Assembly: GCA_963782055.1 (NCBI GenBank)
Contig: CAWAIF010000003.1
Span: forward strand, 5,600,001-5,664,000
Direction: 5' to 3'
DNA: 64,000 nt
DNA from: an uncultured delta proteobacterium
GTDB taxonomy: Bacteria > Myxococcota_A > Polyangia > Polyangiales > Polyangiaceae
Shown here: one piece after another, positions 27,913 through 36,768 of the stretch
Position numbering within the stretch: the stretch's first letter is position 1
Layout: every line of letters begins with the position of its first letter
The notes under the pieces: generated by a model
What the model was told of the DNA's origin: nothing
The model's database searches: none
The model's input: the letters and a program-made list of their open reading frames with translations, nothing else
Position numbers and translations under genes: made by a program

Positions 27913-29082
27913 TCACCCGCGGCGGAGTCCGAGGCGCGCCCGATCGAACTCCAGCGAACGCTTCCACAGGACGGCGGGCAGGCGCTCGTTGGCGGCGGTG
28001 CGCTCGAGGTCGAGCCCGGCGGGCGTCCACACCAGCCACACCTTGCGCTGGTGACGCTGGCCGGGCAGGAGGACCAGGCGCGTCGCGCGGGTGGGCGGGA
28101 CGCGCGCGAGCTGCCAGGGCGCGCACTCCCAGAGCGCGCGACGCAGCGCCATCCTCCATCGCGGGGCCAGGGCGCTGTCGTAGGCGGTGAGCGGGCGCCC
28201 CTCCAGGACCCTCTGCACGTGCTCGCTCACGCGGATCCCGTACTGCGCGAGCGCCTCGTCGAAGGCGCCGGCGTCGAGCTGCGCGACGCACGCGAGGGCG
28301 CGCCGTCGATCGCGCAGAGCGGGCGCGCGGGCGCCTCTCCGCCACAGGTGCGGGGCGGCGTCCCAGCGGTGCGTCGCGTTGTCCGGACGCACGTCGCGCA
28401 GCCCCAGCGTCACCTCGGGGCCCGCGGAGCGACGCGGCGGCGAGCTCGCACACAGCCACACGCCGCGGCCCTGCGACAGCCGCGCGCGCGAGGCGATGGG
28501 GGCGAGGAGCACGTCGGCGTCGAGGGGGATGCGCCCGTCATCCTCCCGCGGGAAGCTCGCCGCGAGGGCGACCGGGTCGAGCGCCGCGAGCGCCGCCCGC
28601 AGCTGCCGCTCCCCCTCCGGCGTCGGCGCCAGCTTGCGGGGGACGGCGGCGCGGACGAGCACGACCGGCTCCGCCCGGCGGCCCGCGGCGATCGCCGCGA
28701 GCACCGGCCGCACCTCCTCGAGCACCGGCGACGGCGCGCCCCGCTCCAGCGGGAGCCGCGATCGCCGCCAGCCGTCCAGGAGGCTCACGGCGCTCGCCAG
28801 CACGCAGGTGCGCTGCAGGTGATCGTCGTCGGCGTGAAGGTCCCAGTGCGGCCTGCCCTTTCCGGGGAACGGGTCCCACGAGATCACGCCATCGCGGACG
28901 ACCGACGGCACCACGTCGACCTTCCCCCGGACGCCCTCCGCGCGGAGCCGCATCGCGGGGACGCCGAGCGGACGGAAGGTGGGGAGGTGCTCCGCCGACC
29001 ACCCGGGCCCGAGCGCGCCGAGCAGCTCGTCCAGGAAGGCGCGTCGCGCGTCCGGCTTCGCTCGCCCCTTCCGAGGTCGCAT
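27913..29082 (-). CDS. Hypothetical protein
   Basis: 389-codon frame with GC3 bias, ATG 29082 after GAGG. Confidence 0.65.
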   Translation of the reverse strand: MRPRKGRAKPDARRAFLDELLGALGPGWSAEHLPTFRPLGVPAMRLRAEGVRGKVDVVPSVVRDGVISWDPFPGKGRPHWDLHADDDHLQRTCVLASAVSLLDGWRRSRLPLERGAPSPVLEEVRPVLAAIAAGRRAEPVVLVRAAVPRKLAPTPEGERQLRAALAALDPVALAASFPREDDGRIPLDADVLLAPIASRARLSQGRGVWLCASSPPRRSAGPEVTLGLRDVRPDNATHRWDAAPHLWRRGARAPALRDRRRALACVAQLDAGAFDEALAQYGIRVSEHVQRVLEGRPLTAYDSALAPRWRMALRRALWECAPWQLARVPPTRATRLVLLPGQRHQRKVWLVWTPAGLDLERTAANERLPAVLWKRSLEFDRARLGLRRG

Positions 29083-29087
29083 GGACC

Positions 29088-29186
29088 TCACGCCGGCAGC
29101 GGCTCGCGCGCGGAGCGCCGCGCGACGGCGAGGAGCACCGTGCCGGCGAGCACCACGCCCGCGTGACGAGGGCTCGTCGCGCTCAT
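29088..29186 (-). pseudogene. 32-aa mini-ORF, internally deleted paralog of the adjacent membrane protein gene
   Basis: MSATSPR-HAGVVLAGTVLLAVARRSARE matches the neighbour's METKASPGR...HAAVVLIGVVLVAIARRGARD. Confidence 0.6.
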
Positions 29187-29283
29187 GACGAATGTGATGA
29201 TCATTGTCCGGCGCACGACCCCCTCCCTCACGGCTCATCCTACTTGGATGTGCGGCGGCTCGGGTGGAATCTCTCGTGATCGC

Positions 29284-29799
29284 TCAGCCCGGCGCCTGTC
29301 TCGCGGCGCCCGCGGTCGCCCCGCCCCCGTCGCGCGCCCCGCGCCGCGCGATCGCCACGAGCACGACGCCGATCAGCACCACCGCCGCGTGGGCTACGCC
29401 GAGGGACGCCACGTAGTCCTGGCCCAGCGGCGCGACGCCGAGGGCGACCACGGCGAGCGCGATCCCCGCGACCAGGGGCGCCGCGCGACGCGCCTGGTTC
29501 ATGTCGCCGGACGCGTCGCGCGCCCACCGCGCGAACGCCCCGATCGCCGCCGCCGTCGCGACGAGGTAGAGGCCGTGGAGGCTGGCGGAGAGCACGTCGC
29601 AGGACACGCTCTCCGCGGAGAGGCGGACCGGATCGCACGGGAAGGTGGCGCAGTTGACGGTCCCCGCGCTCGCCACCCGCTCGCCCGCCAGGATCTGCAC
29701 GAGCAGGATCAGCGCCCGCAGCACGCTCACCGCGACCACGACCCACGCGAAGGACCTCGCGACGCCGACGGCGCGCCCGGGGGACGCCTTCGTCTCCAT
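29284..29799 (-). CDS. Hypothetical 4-TM membrane protein
   Basis: Four hydrophobic segments; start METKASP at 29799 (alternative ATG 29931). Confidence 0.65.
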   Translation of the reverse strand: METKASPGRAVGVARSFAWVVVAVSVLRALILLVQILAGERVASAGTVNCATFPCDPVRLSAESVSCDVLSASLHGLYLVATAAAIGAFARWARDASGDMNQARRAAPLVAGIALAVVALGVAPLGQDYVASLGVAHAAVVLIGVVLVAIARRGARDGGGATAGAARQAPG

Positions 29800-30013
29800 C
29801 ACGGGGTGCCGGTAGGGATCGCCCGGTCGCGTGCGCGTCCACGGCCGCGGATCGTCGGCCCGTCCCCAGGTGCCCACCATCGTCAGCACCGCGACGATCC
29901 CGGATCCCGCGGCTACCTGGAGCGCTGTCATCGCCACGGGGGACAGTGTACGCCTCCGCGCGCCCGCCGTCGCGGGTTCGTCCCCCGCGCCGAGGTCCGC
30001 CGCGTGCAGCCCA

Positions 30014-30172
30014 CCCTCCTCCCCGTGTGGCGCGCGGAGCGCGACACCGTGGGGAGGACGCGTGCGCGCAGGGCCCACGCGCAAGCTCGCGCGCGCGCCG
30101 GCGCCCGTGATCACGCGCCCACCGACGGCGTGCGCGCGAGCGAGCATGGGCCCGAGCACACGCGAGGAGGGG
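30014..30172 (+). repeat. ~165-bp MITE/REP-like element, copy D
   Basis: ccctcctcccc...ggggaggac...gagcatgggcccgagcac...gaggagggg; similar to the other four copies. Confidence 0.8.
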
Positions 30173-30188
30173 CCCCCCTCCTCCCCCC

Positions 30189-31694
30189 TCAAAGCGGATA
30201 CCGCAACGTCATCCCGAACACCGTCACCATCACCAGCACCACAGGCACCAGCACCACGAACACCAGGAACGTGTACCCCATCACGTCCCGCGCCCGCAGC
30301 CCGAACAGCCCCAGGATGGGCAGCATCCAGAACGGCTGCACCAGGTTGGCGAGCGCCTCGCCCAGATCGTAGACGGCGACCATCCAGCCGAGGTGCACGT
30401 GGAGATCGTGCGCCGCCTGCATCACGTACGGCGCCTCGATCACCCACTTGGACCCGCCGCTCGGGACGAAGACGCCGAGCACCATGCTGTAGACGGCGAT
30501 GAGCGCGGGGAAGGCCCTCGGCCCGCCGGCGAGGCTCGCCAGGCCGTGGGCGATGTGCTCGTTCAGCTTCGTCGTGGTGATGATGGCGGCGATCGCGCCG
30601 TAGAAGGGGAACTGCAGGATGACGCCCCACACGCCGGGCGTGGCCTCGCGCACCGCGCGCATCAGCCGCGCGGGCGTGCCGTGCAGGGCGACGCCCACGG
30701 TGAGGAAGGCGAGGTTCATCCGGTCCAGATCGATGGCGTACAGCGGGTCCTTCGCCTCCGCGAAGTAGCGGACCAGGTACGCGCCGGCGAGCAGCACGAA
30801 GAGGGCGGCGGGGACGCGCGAGTGCTCCAGCGCCTCGCCCGGCGTCCCCTTGCGCTCCGGGTCCGGCCGGTCGAGCGGCGACACGCCCAGGTCGATCCCC
30901 ATCTGCTCGGCGGTGCGCGCGCGCGAGCCCGTCGGCACGGCGAAGAGCACCACGACGGTCACCAGCGCGATCTCCACCACCACCGAGACGAGGCTCTGCC
31001 AGAGGAAGATGGTGTGCGTCAGCGGGATCATCCCCTCCGGCACCAGCCCGCCGGCGGCGACGATGGTGCGGATGTCGTGCGGCAGCGCGGACTTGGTCGC
31101 CATCTGCAGGGCGGCGGACCCGGAGAGCCCCTGCGCCCACACGCTGCCCAGCCCCAGGAACGCGCTCGCCGCGATGGCGCGGTAGTCCACGCCGCGCACC
31201 CGCCGCGCGACCTCCTTGGCGAGCATCGCGCTGAAGATGAGGGAGAAGCCCCAGTTGAGCCACGACGACGCCATGGCGAAGAGCGCCACCATGGCGATGG
31301 CGCGCCGCGGATCGCGCGGGAGGGAGGCGAGGCGCACGATGAGCCGCCCGACGGGCTTGCTCGTGGCGACGACGTAGCCGGTGATGATCACCAGCGCCAT
31401 CTCGATGGTGAACTTCAGGATGGCGGTGCTGAAGAACCCCGTGCCCCACGCGCCCACCACCTCGCCCGTCGCCGCGCGCACGCCCAGGCGCCCGGAGAGG
31501 GTGATCACCCCGGCGACGAAGACGATGAACGTCGCGAGCAGGGCGAAGACGAAGGCGTCGGGGATCCACCGCTCCGTCCACGCGGTGAACCGCGCGGCGA
31601 CGCGGGCGAGCCGCGACGTGGGCTCCTCGCCGCCCGCCGGACGCTTCGGCGCGGGCGAGTCACCGAGGGACGCGGGGAGATCGGCGCCGGACAT
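30189..31694 (-). CDS. atoE: Short-chain fatty acid transporter, AtoE / TIGR00366 family
   Basis: ERWIPDAFVFA, SWLNWG, VDYR, GLSGSA, QFPFYGAI, FVPSGGSKW, NLVQPFWMLPILG, RDVMGY. Confidence 0.93.
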   Translation of the reverse strand: MSGADLPASLGDSPAPKRPAGGEEPTSRLARVAARFTAWTERWIPDAFVFALLATFIVFVAGVITLSGRLGVRAATGEVVGAWGTGFFSTAILKFTIEMALVIITGYVVATSKPVGRLIVRLASLPRDPRRAIAMVALFAMASSWLNWGFSLIFSAMLAKEVARRVRGVDYRAIAASAFLGLGSVWAQGLSGSAALQMATKSALPHDIRTIVAAGGLVPEGMIPLTHTIFLWQSLVSVVVEIALVTVVVLFAVPTGSRARTAEQMGIDLGVSPLDRPDPERKGTPGEALEHSRVPAALFVLLAGAYLVRYFAEAKDPLYAIDLDRMNLAFLTVGVALHGTPARLMRAVREATPGVWGVILQFPFYGAIAAIITTTKLNEHIAHGLASLAGGPRAFPALIAVYSMVLGVFVPSGGSKWVIEAPYVMQAAHDLHVHLGWMVAVYDLGEALANLVQPFWMLPILGLFGLRARDVMGYTFLVFVVLVPVVLVMVTVFGMTLRYPL

Positions 31695-31740
31695 GCGGCG
31701 CGCAGGATGGCGCGATCCGAGAGGAAGAGGAAGAGGGGGG

Positions 31741-31905
31741 CCCCTCCTCGCGCGTGCTCGGGCCCATGCTCGGTCTCGCGCGCGCCGCCCGGATGCACGG
31801 GATCACGGGCGACGGCGCGCACGAGACCTTGCGCGTGGGCCCTGCGCGCGCGCGTCCTCCCCCGGCCCATCGCTCGCTCACGCTCGCTCGGGCGGGGAGG
31901 AGGGG
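31741..31905 (-). repeat. ~165-bp MITE/REP-like element, copy C (complete, 9-bp terminal inverted repeats)
   Basis: Begins cccctcctc and ends gaggagggg; inverted relative to copy D. Confidence 0.85.
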
Positions 31906-31974
31906 TCCGTCCATGAGCCAGCCTCGGCGCTTCATCTACGTGACCGAGTCACGCCCGCCAGGGGCCGAGCATGG

Positions 31975-32032
31975 CCCCTCCTCCCCGTCCGAGCGAAGCG
32001 AGGACGTGGGGAGGACCGCCCGCGCGCAGGGG
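31975..32032 (+). repeat. Internally deleted copy E of the same element
   Basis: cccctcctccccgtccgagcgaagcgag...ggggaggaccgcccgcgcgcagggg. Confidence 0.75.
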
Positions 32033-32049
32033 CTAGCATCTCTTCCGTC

Positions 32050-32200
32050 ATGCGCCCGGCGATCCGAACGGCGCCGGCGCCCCCCGTGGCCCGCGTACAC
32101 CACGGCGAGCGACGAGAACCTCGTCATCGACACGCCTATCACGACCGCGACCGCCCTGAAGAACGACGCGTGCGACTTCTGAGATACTATCGAGAAGTAG
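32050..32200 (+). pseudogene. Collapsed remnant of a carboxylesterase gene (paralog of 35181-36767)
   Basis: DPNGAGAPPWPAYTTASDENLVIDTPITTATALKNDACDF*DTIEK* vs DPNGDGAVAWPAYTAANDEDLVIDTPVSTATGLKKARCDFWDTIEK*; TGG>TGA nonsense change. Confidence 0.9.
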
Positions 32201-32277
32201 CGATTGGGGCACCACGCCCCCGGCCGCGAGGCCGTCGCTCGCCTCGAGAGCCGCATTCTTGTTGGCGCAACCAGTAA

Positions 32278-33123
32278 CTAGTCCAGCACCTCCTCAGCAC
32301 CAGCCAATAGCCGGTCCAATGCCGCCTCCTCACACTGATTGGAGATGGCCTCCAAATATGTACCAACCGGCGGGAAGACAAAGCGGCCAGCAACCTCAAC
32401 CAACCGCGCAAGGCCCGCATCCCCGCACCTGACGCGCAGCGCCAGCGACGCACCAACACGGACACCGATACTAGCTTTCGGATTCTCCACGACATACCAC
32501 AGGGCCTCGCGCAACACTCCAGGGGTACGATACGTACCGTCCGCGTCGCGCGCACCGATCACGCGCATGTCGCGAATCCACTGCGAGGCGGATCGTCCAC
32601 CGCGTGCAAGACCATCGACAGGAGCGACATCAGACCAGGCCTGATACGTGTCGAAAGCAGCACCCAGTTCGTCTCCAAAGCGCCTGAGTTGGCCTAGCGA
32701 CGTTGGCCCTGTAGGCTCCTTCTTCAGCAACCAGGCCCAGCGCTCCTGAGTCGGCGAATGCAATGGATACCACGCGAGACGGGCACCATCCTTGAAGTGC
32801 ACTACTACGATGCCGGGTACCGATCGATGCACCGCCGCCAATGCCCCGAACGGTACGAAGCGCATGGCACCCAGCGTCTGGTACTGGAGTAGCCCGTCGA
32901 CACCAATCACAACGGTCACTTGACGTTGCGCGCGCCGCGCAGACCACGCCAGAAGCAGTGCCACGTCCAGAAGCATCAATGTCGTCGCAAAGGCATCCCC
33001 TACGCGTTGTACAACGACAAATATGGCGGCAGCCAGAACCAGCATCAGCCAATCCCATCGATCGCACCCTGCGCTCCGGCCTGCGCCGACGAGGTGCGCT
33101 CCCCGCGCTCCCCTGCTTCTCAC
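32278..33123 (-). CDS. Hypothetical membrane protein, AT-richer codon usage (possible immunity-like gene)
   Basis: Two N-terminal TM segments, IGVDGL and RFVPF, helical C-terminus; GTGA overlap with the upstream gene; many A/T-ending codons. Confidence 0.7.
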   Translation of the reverse strand: MRSRGARGAHLVGAGRSAGCDRWDWLMLVLAAAIFVVVQRVGDAFATTLMLLDVALLLAWSARRAQRQVTVVIGVDGLLQYQTLGAMRFVPFGALAAVHRSVPGIVVVHFKDGARLAWYPLHSPTQERWAWLLKKEPTGPTSLGQLRRFGDELGAAFDTYQAWSDVAPVDGLARGGRSASQWIRDMRVIGARDADGTYRTPGVLREALWYVVENPKASIGVRVGASLALRVRCGDAGLARLVEVAGRFVFPPVGTYLEAISNQCEEAALDRLLAGAEEVLD

Positions 33124-34152
33124 GATCGCGGTCCGATCGGACTGCCGGTGTCGTCCGGATTAGGATATTCGTGGAACGAGTGAGGGTTGCCGCCTCCGGT
33201 CCCCTCTGCCGGGTCGGGAAAGTAGAGGTCGACTCGCCGCAACCTGCCGCGTGGCCCTCCCACACCTCCTCCATCCGGATCATCCGGTGAGGGCATCTCC
33301 TCACTCGCATGGGGTCCGCCAACCCCGCCGCCACCTGAAGGGTCGTCAGGAGCCGGCATGGAGCCCGGTACGTGCGGATTCGCCTTGTTGTAGCCCACGG
33401 CCAGACCAATCCCAACTCCGGCTAAGGCGCCAACCGCGACGAGGTCGGGGTTCCCGGTAGCCAGGGTCGCCAGTGCCCCGAGCACCGCTCCCGCGAAGGC
33501 GTCGTGGATTGCCTCCTTCGGGATATCGGGCGAGCCATGCGGGAGAGATCCCTTGAGCGCGATCGCTAGGACGCGCGCCTCGTGTGCGAGGCCGGTGTCG
33601 TCCCCCCACCAGTTCGGGTGTGGGCCGCCCCGCCCGGGGCTGCCCCGGTTGGGGTCGTACCCGTGCCCGAGCAATCCGAGCCACTTCATCACCTCCCGCC
33701 GCTGCTTCTCCAGGTGCGCGTGCACGTCCGGCAGGTCGTGCGACGGGTGGCGGTAGCCGCCCCGTCGGGTCGAAGCCTGGCAGGTCGTGCAGGTGCCCGA
33801 ACATCTCTCCGATGATAGCAGCCGGATCGCCCTTGCCCAGCGTGCCGCCGGGGTTCGACGAGATGGGGATGTTCCCGCCGAAGTAGTGCTTGGAGATGTG
33901 GTCGATCACCTTGCCGATGTCGCTCGGGCCGGGCAGGCCTGACCCCGGCGTGTGGGTCCCGAAGTCCCCTCCGCCCAGCCCGAAGGGGCCTCCGAAGTGC
34001 TTCGCGATCTGGCCGATCAGGTCGCCGAGTGAATCGCCCCCCGTGCCGCCGATGACCTGCCCGCTCGGGAGCACGACGCCGGTGCCTTCCTCCGGCGGCC
34101 GCCAGTTGACGCGGCGAGGGCCGGTGTACTCCGGCTCCGGCACCTCACTCAT
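33120..34152 (-). CDS. Gly/Pro-rich protein with glycine-zipper hairpin and PxPDD repeats; split by a +1 frameshift at 33760-33763
   Basis: MSEVPEPEY...HDLPGFDPT frame continues as GYRHPSHDLPDVHAHLEK if one G of GGGG is removed; AFAGAVLGALATL/VAVGALAGVGIGLAVG hairpin. Confidence 0.7.
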
Positions 34153-34163
34153 CCCGTACGCTC

Positions 34164-34583
34164 TCACCCGAACCTCGCGGGTGAGACGCGGTTCGCCGTC
34201 ACCAGCACGCGGAAGGTGACGTCCCAGGGGCCGCTTGTGCCCTGGGGGCTGAGGCGCCAGCGCACCCACGTGCCCAGCGGAACGGCGGGGTTGTTCACGA
34301 GGAGGGTCTTCGGCAGCGCCCCGCTGGACGTGTACGGGCCGGTGCCGGCCGCGATACCCGTCACCTGCATCATCGACTGAAACAGCGCCTCGTCCTTGCT
34401 CGGGGCGGTGTCCAGGTAGAAGTCGACGCTGCCTCCGCTCTGGTAGGAGACCTCGCGCACGTCGAGCCAGAGCACCAGATCCTGGAAGGAGCTGAAGCCC
34501 ATCCAGTCGCGCTCCGTCTGCTTGATGTCCGCGATGTTGCTGCCGCGAATGGTGATCCAATCCTGAAGGACGTAACCGTACAT
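34164..34583 (-). CDS. Uncharacterised small beta-rich protein, paralog 2
   Basis: AAGGAGA RBS; LQDWITIRG, FQDLVLWLDVRE, TAPSKD, VPLGTWVRWRL, WDVTFRVL. Confidence 0.85.
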   Translation of the reverse strand: MYGYVLQDWITIRGSNIADIKQTERDWMGFSSFQDLVLWLDVREVSYQSGGSVDFYLDTAPSKDEALFQSMMQVTGIAAGTGPYTSSGALPKTLLVNNPAVPLGTWVRWRLSPQGTSGPWDVTFRVLVTANRVSPARFG

Positions 34584-34597
34584 GGTGGTCTCCTTGG

Positions 34598-34976
34598 TCA
34601 GCAGAGGGTGTTGCCGGTGGCGAGGATGCGGAAGGTGACGTCCCAGGTGGCCGCGGGCGCATTGAGCTTCCATCGCGTCCAGGCGCCGATGGGGACGCCG
34701 GGGTTGGCCACGAGCAGCACGTTGCCGGTGTTGAGGCCCACGCCGAAGGACGTGGCCACCTGCGGGCTCACCGCCGTGAGAAACATCGCCGGGTCCTTGC
34801 TCGGCGCCGTCTCGATGCTCATCATCGTCGGGGAGTTCGTCATCTCCGCGACGTCGACGAGGAACGTGATGTCCTGGAAAGGGCCCGTGAAGAGCCACTG
34901 CCCCACGTCCTGGATGACGCTCGTGTTCGCGGCGCCGCGGATGGTGAGGCTGGGGAGGCGGGCGCACGCCGTCCAC
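34598..34976 (-). pseudogene. Uncharacterised small beta-rich protein, paralog 1; 5' end degraded or frameshifted
   Basis: LTIRG, FQDITFLVDVAE, TAPSKD, VPIGAWTRWKL, WDVTFRIL; the likely start GTG 34976 is out of frame by one base. Confidence 0.65.
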
Positions 34977-34981
34977 AGCCG

Positions 34982-35163
34982 GTCACCAGCGCCCAGGACA
35001 TCCTCCCCGCCCGAGCGAGCGCGAGCGAGCGATGGGCCAGGGGAGGACCGCCCGCGCGCACGGCTCACGCGCAGCGCGCGCAGGCCGCGACCGCCGTCTC
35101 CATCGTGCACCTGGTCGCGGCCGAGCACGCGAGCATGAGCCGGAGCACGGGCGCGAGGAGGGG
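34982..35163 (+). repeat. MITE/REP-like element, copy A
   Basis: gtcaccagcgcccaggacatcctccccgcccgagcgagcg...gagcatgagccggagcacgggcgcgaggagggg; close match to copy B. Confidence 0.88.
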
Positions 35164-35180
35164 CTACTATCCTTCCCGAC

Positions 35181-36767
35181 ATGCTCCGCTCGTCTCTCGC
35201 CCTCCCCTTCCTTCTCCTCGCCCTCGCCCTCCCCGCCTGCAGCTCCACCCCGGACGCGACGTCCCCCCCGCCCGACGGCCCCGTGGACATCACCACCGAC
35301 AAGGGCCCCGTCCACGGCTCCCTCGGCGACGGCGCGCGCGCCTTCCTCGGCATCCCCTACGCCGCGCCGCCCGTCGGGCCGCTCCGCTTCCTCCCGCCCA
35401 CCGAGGCGCCCGCGTGGACCACCCCGCGCGACGGCGCGCAGTTCGGGCCGAAGTGCCCGCAGCTCGGCGTCGACGGCAAGTCCCTCGCGCCGGAGACCAG
35501 CGAGGACTGCCTGTACCTCAACGTGTGGACGCCACGCGCCGACGTGAAGGACGCCCCCGTCTTCGTGTGGATCCACGGCGGCGGCTTCACCATCGGCTCC
35601 GGCAGCAATCCCCTCTACAACGGCGAGAGCCTCGCGCGGGAGACGGGCGCGATCATCGTCACCATCAACTACCGCCTCGGACCCCTCGGCTTCCTCTCGC
35701 ACACCGCCTTCGCCGCGGAGGAGGGCGTCGCCACCTCGCCGAGCCCCGGCCTGCTCGATCAGCAGGCGGCGCTGAAGTGGGTGCAGCGCAACATCGCCGC
35801 CTTCGGGGGCGATCCGCAGGACGTCACCGTCGCCGGAGAGTCGGCGGGCGGCATCAGCGTGTGCGCCCAGCTCGCCATGCCCGGGTCGAAGGGCCTCTTC
35901 CAGCGCGCGGTGATCGAGAGCGGCCCCTGCTGGGGCGCCTTCCCCTCCAAGGCGACCGCCGAGGATCAGGGCGACCGCCTCGCCGCCGCCGTCGGCTGCA
36001 CCGATCCCGGCACCGTCGCGGCCTGCCTGCGCGGCAGGTCGGTCGAGGAGATCCTCGGCGCGCTCCCCGGCAAGGCCGCGTACTTCGACGCCAAGGGCGA
36101 CTCCTACGGCCCCGTCGTCGACGGCACGGTGCTGCCCAAGGTGCCGATGGACGCGCTCGCCGCGGGAGAGGGCGCCGGCGTGCCGACCATCCTCGGCACC
36201 AACGTCAACGAGGGACAGCTCTTCGTCTTCCTCTACCAGACCTCCTTCGGCGCGCCCCCGACCGCCGCCGACGTGCGCGCGTCGCTCGGGAGCATCTTCG
36301 GGGCGAGCGTGGTCGACCAGATCGCGGCGCAGTATCCCGTCGACACCGATCCGCCGCAGGCCTTCACCGACATCATCACCGACGGCGCCTTCGCCTGCCC
36401 CACCCGCCGCGCCGCGCGCGCGCTCGCCGCCGGCGGGGTCCCCGCCTTCCTCTACCAGTTCACCTGGCCCTTCAAGGTGGGCGCCATCTCCGGCCCGGTG
36501 ACCTCCCACTCCTTCGAGGTGCCCTTCGTCTTCCGCAACGCGTACGTGGGCACCAAGCTCGACGACGCCGACGTGGTCGTCTCCGACGCGATGGACGGCT
36601 ACTGGTTCCGCTTCGCCCGGACCGGCGATCCGAACGGCGACGGCGCCGTCGCGTGGCCCGCCTACACCGCGGCCAACGACGAGGACCTGGTGATCGACAC
36701 CCCGGTGAGCACCGCCACCGGGCTGAAGAAGGCCAGGTGCGACTTCTGGGACACCATCGAGAAGTAG
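35181..36767 (+). CDS. Type B carboxylesterase (lipoprotein)
   Basis: LPAC lipobox; FLGIPYAAPP, SEDCLYLNVW, WIHGGGF, GESAG (Ser), GTNVNEG (Glu), SHSFEV (His). Confidence 0.96.
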   Translation: MLRSSLALPFLLLALALPACSSTPDATSPPPDGPVDITTDKGPVHGSLGDGARAFLGIPYAAPPVGPLRFLPPTEAPAWTTPRDGAQFGPKCPQLGVDGKSLAPETSEDCLYLNVWTPRADVKDAPVFVWIHGGGFTIGSGSNPLYNGESLARETGAIIVTINYRLGPLGFLSHTAFAAEEGVATSPSPGLLDQQAALKWVQRNIAAFGGDPQDVTVAGESAGGISVCAQLAMPGSKGLFQRAVIESGPCWGAFPSKATAEDQGDRLAAAVGCTDPGTVAACLRGRSVEEILGALPGKAAYFDAKGDSYGPVVDGTVLPKVPMDALAAGEGAGVPTILGTNVNEGQLFVFLYQTSFGAPPTAADVRASLGSIFGASVVDQIAAQYPVDTDPPQAFTDIITDGAFACPTRRAARALAAGGVPAFLYQFTWPFKVGAISGPVTSHSFEVPFVFRNAYVGTKLDDADVVVSDAMDGYWFRFARTGDPNGDGAVAWPAYTAANDEDLVIDTPVSTATGLKKARCDFWDTIEK

Positions 36768-36768
36768 G

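Noticed and set aside
32200..36767. Integrative element with att sites formed by the esterase 3' duplication
   Set aside because: No integrase, the fragment lies upstream of the intact gene and also retains the start region, which fits duplication plus deletion better
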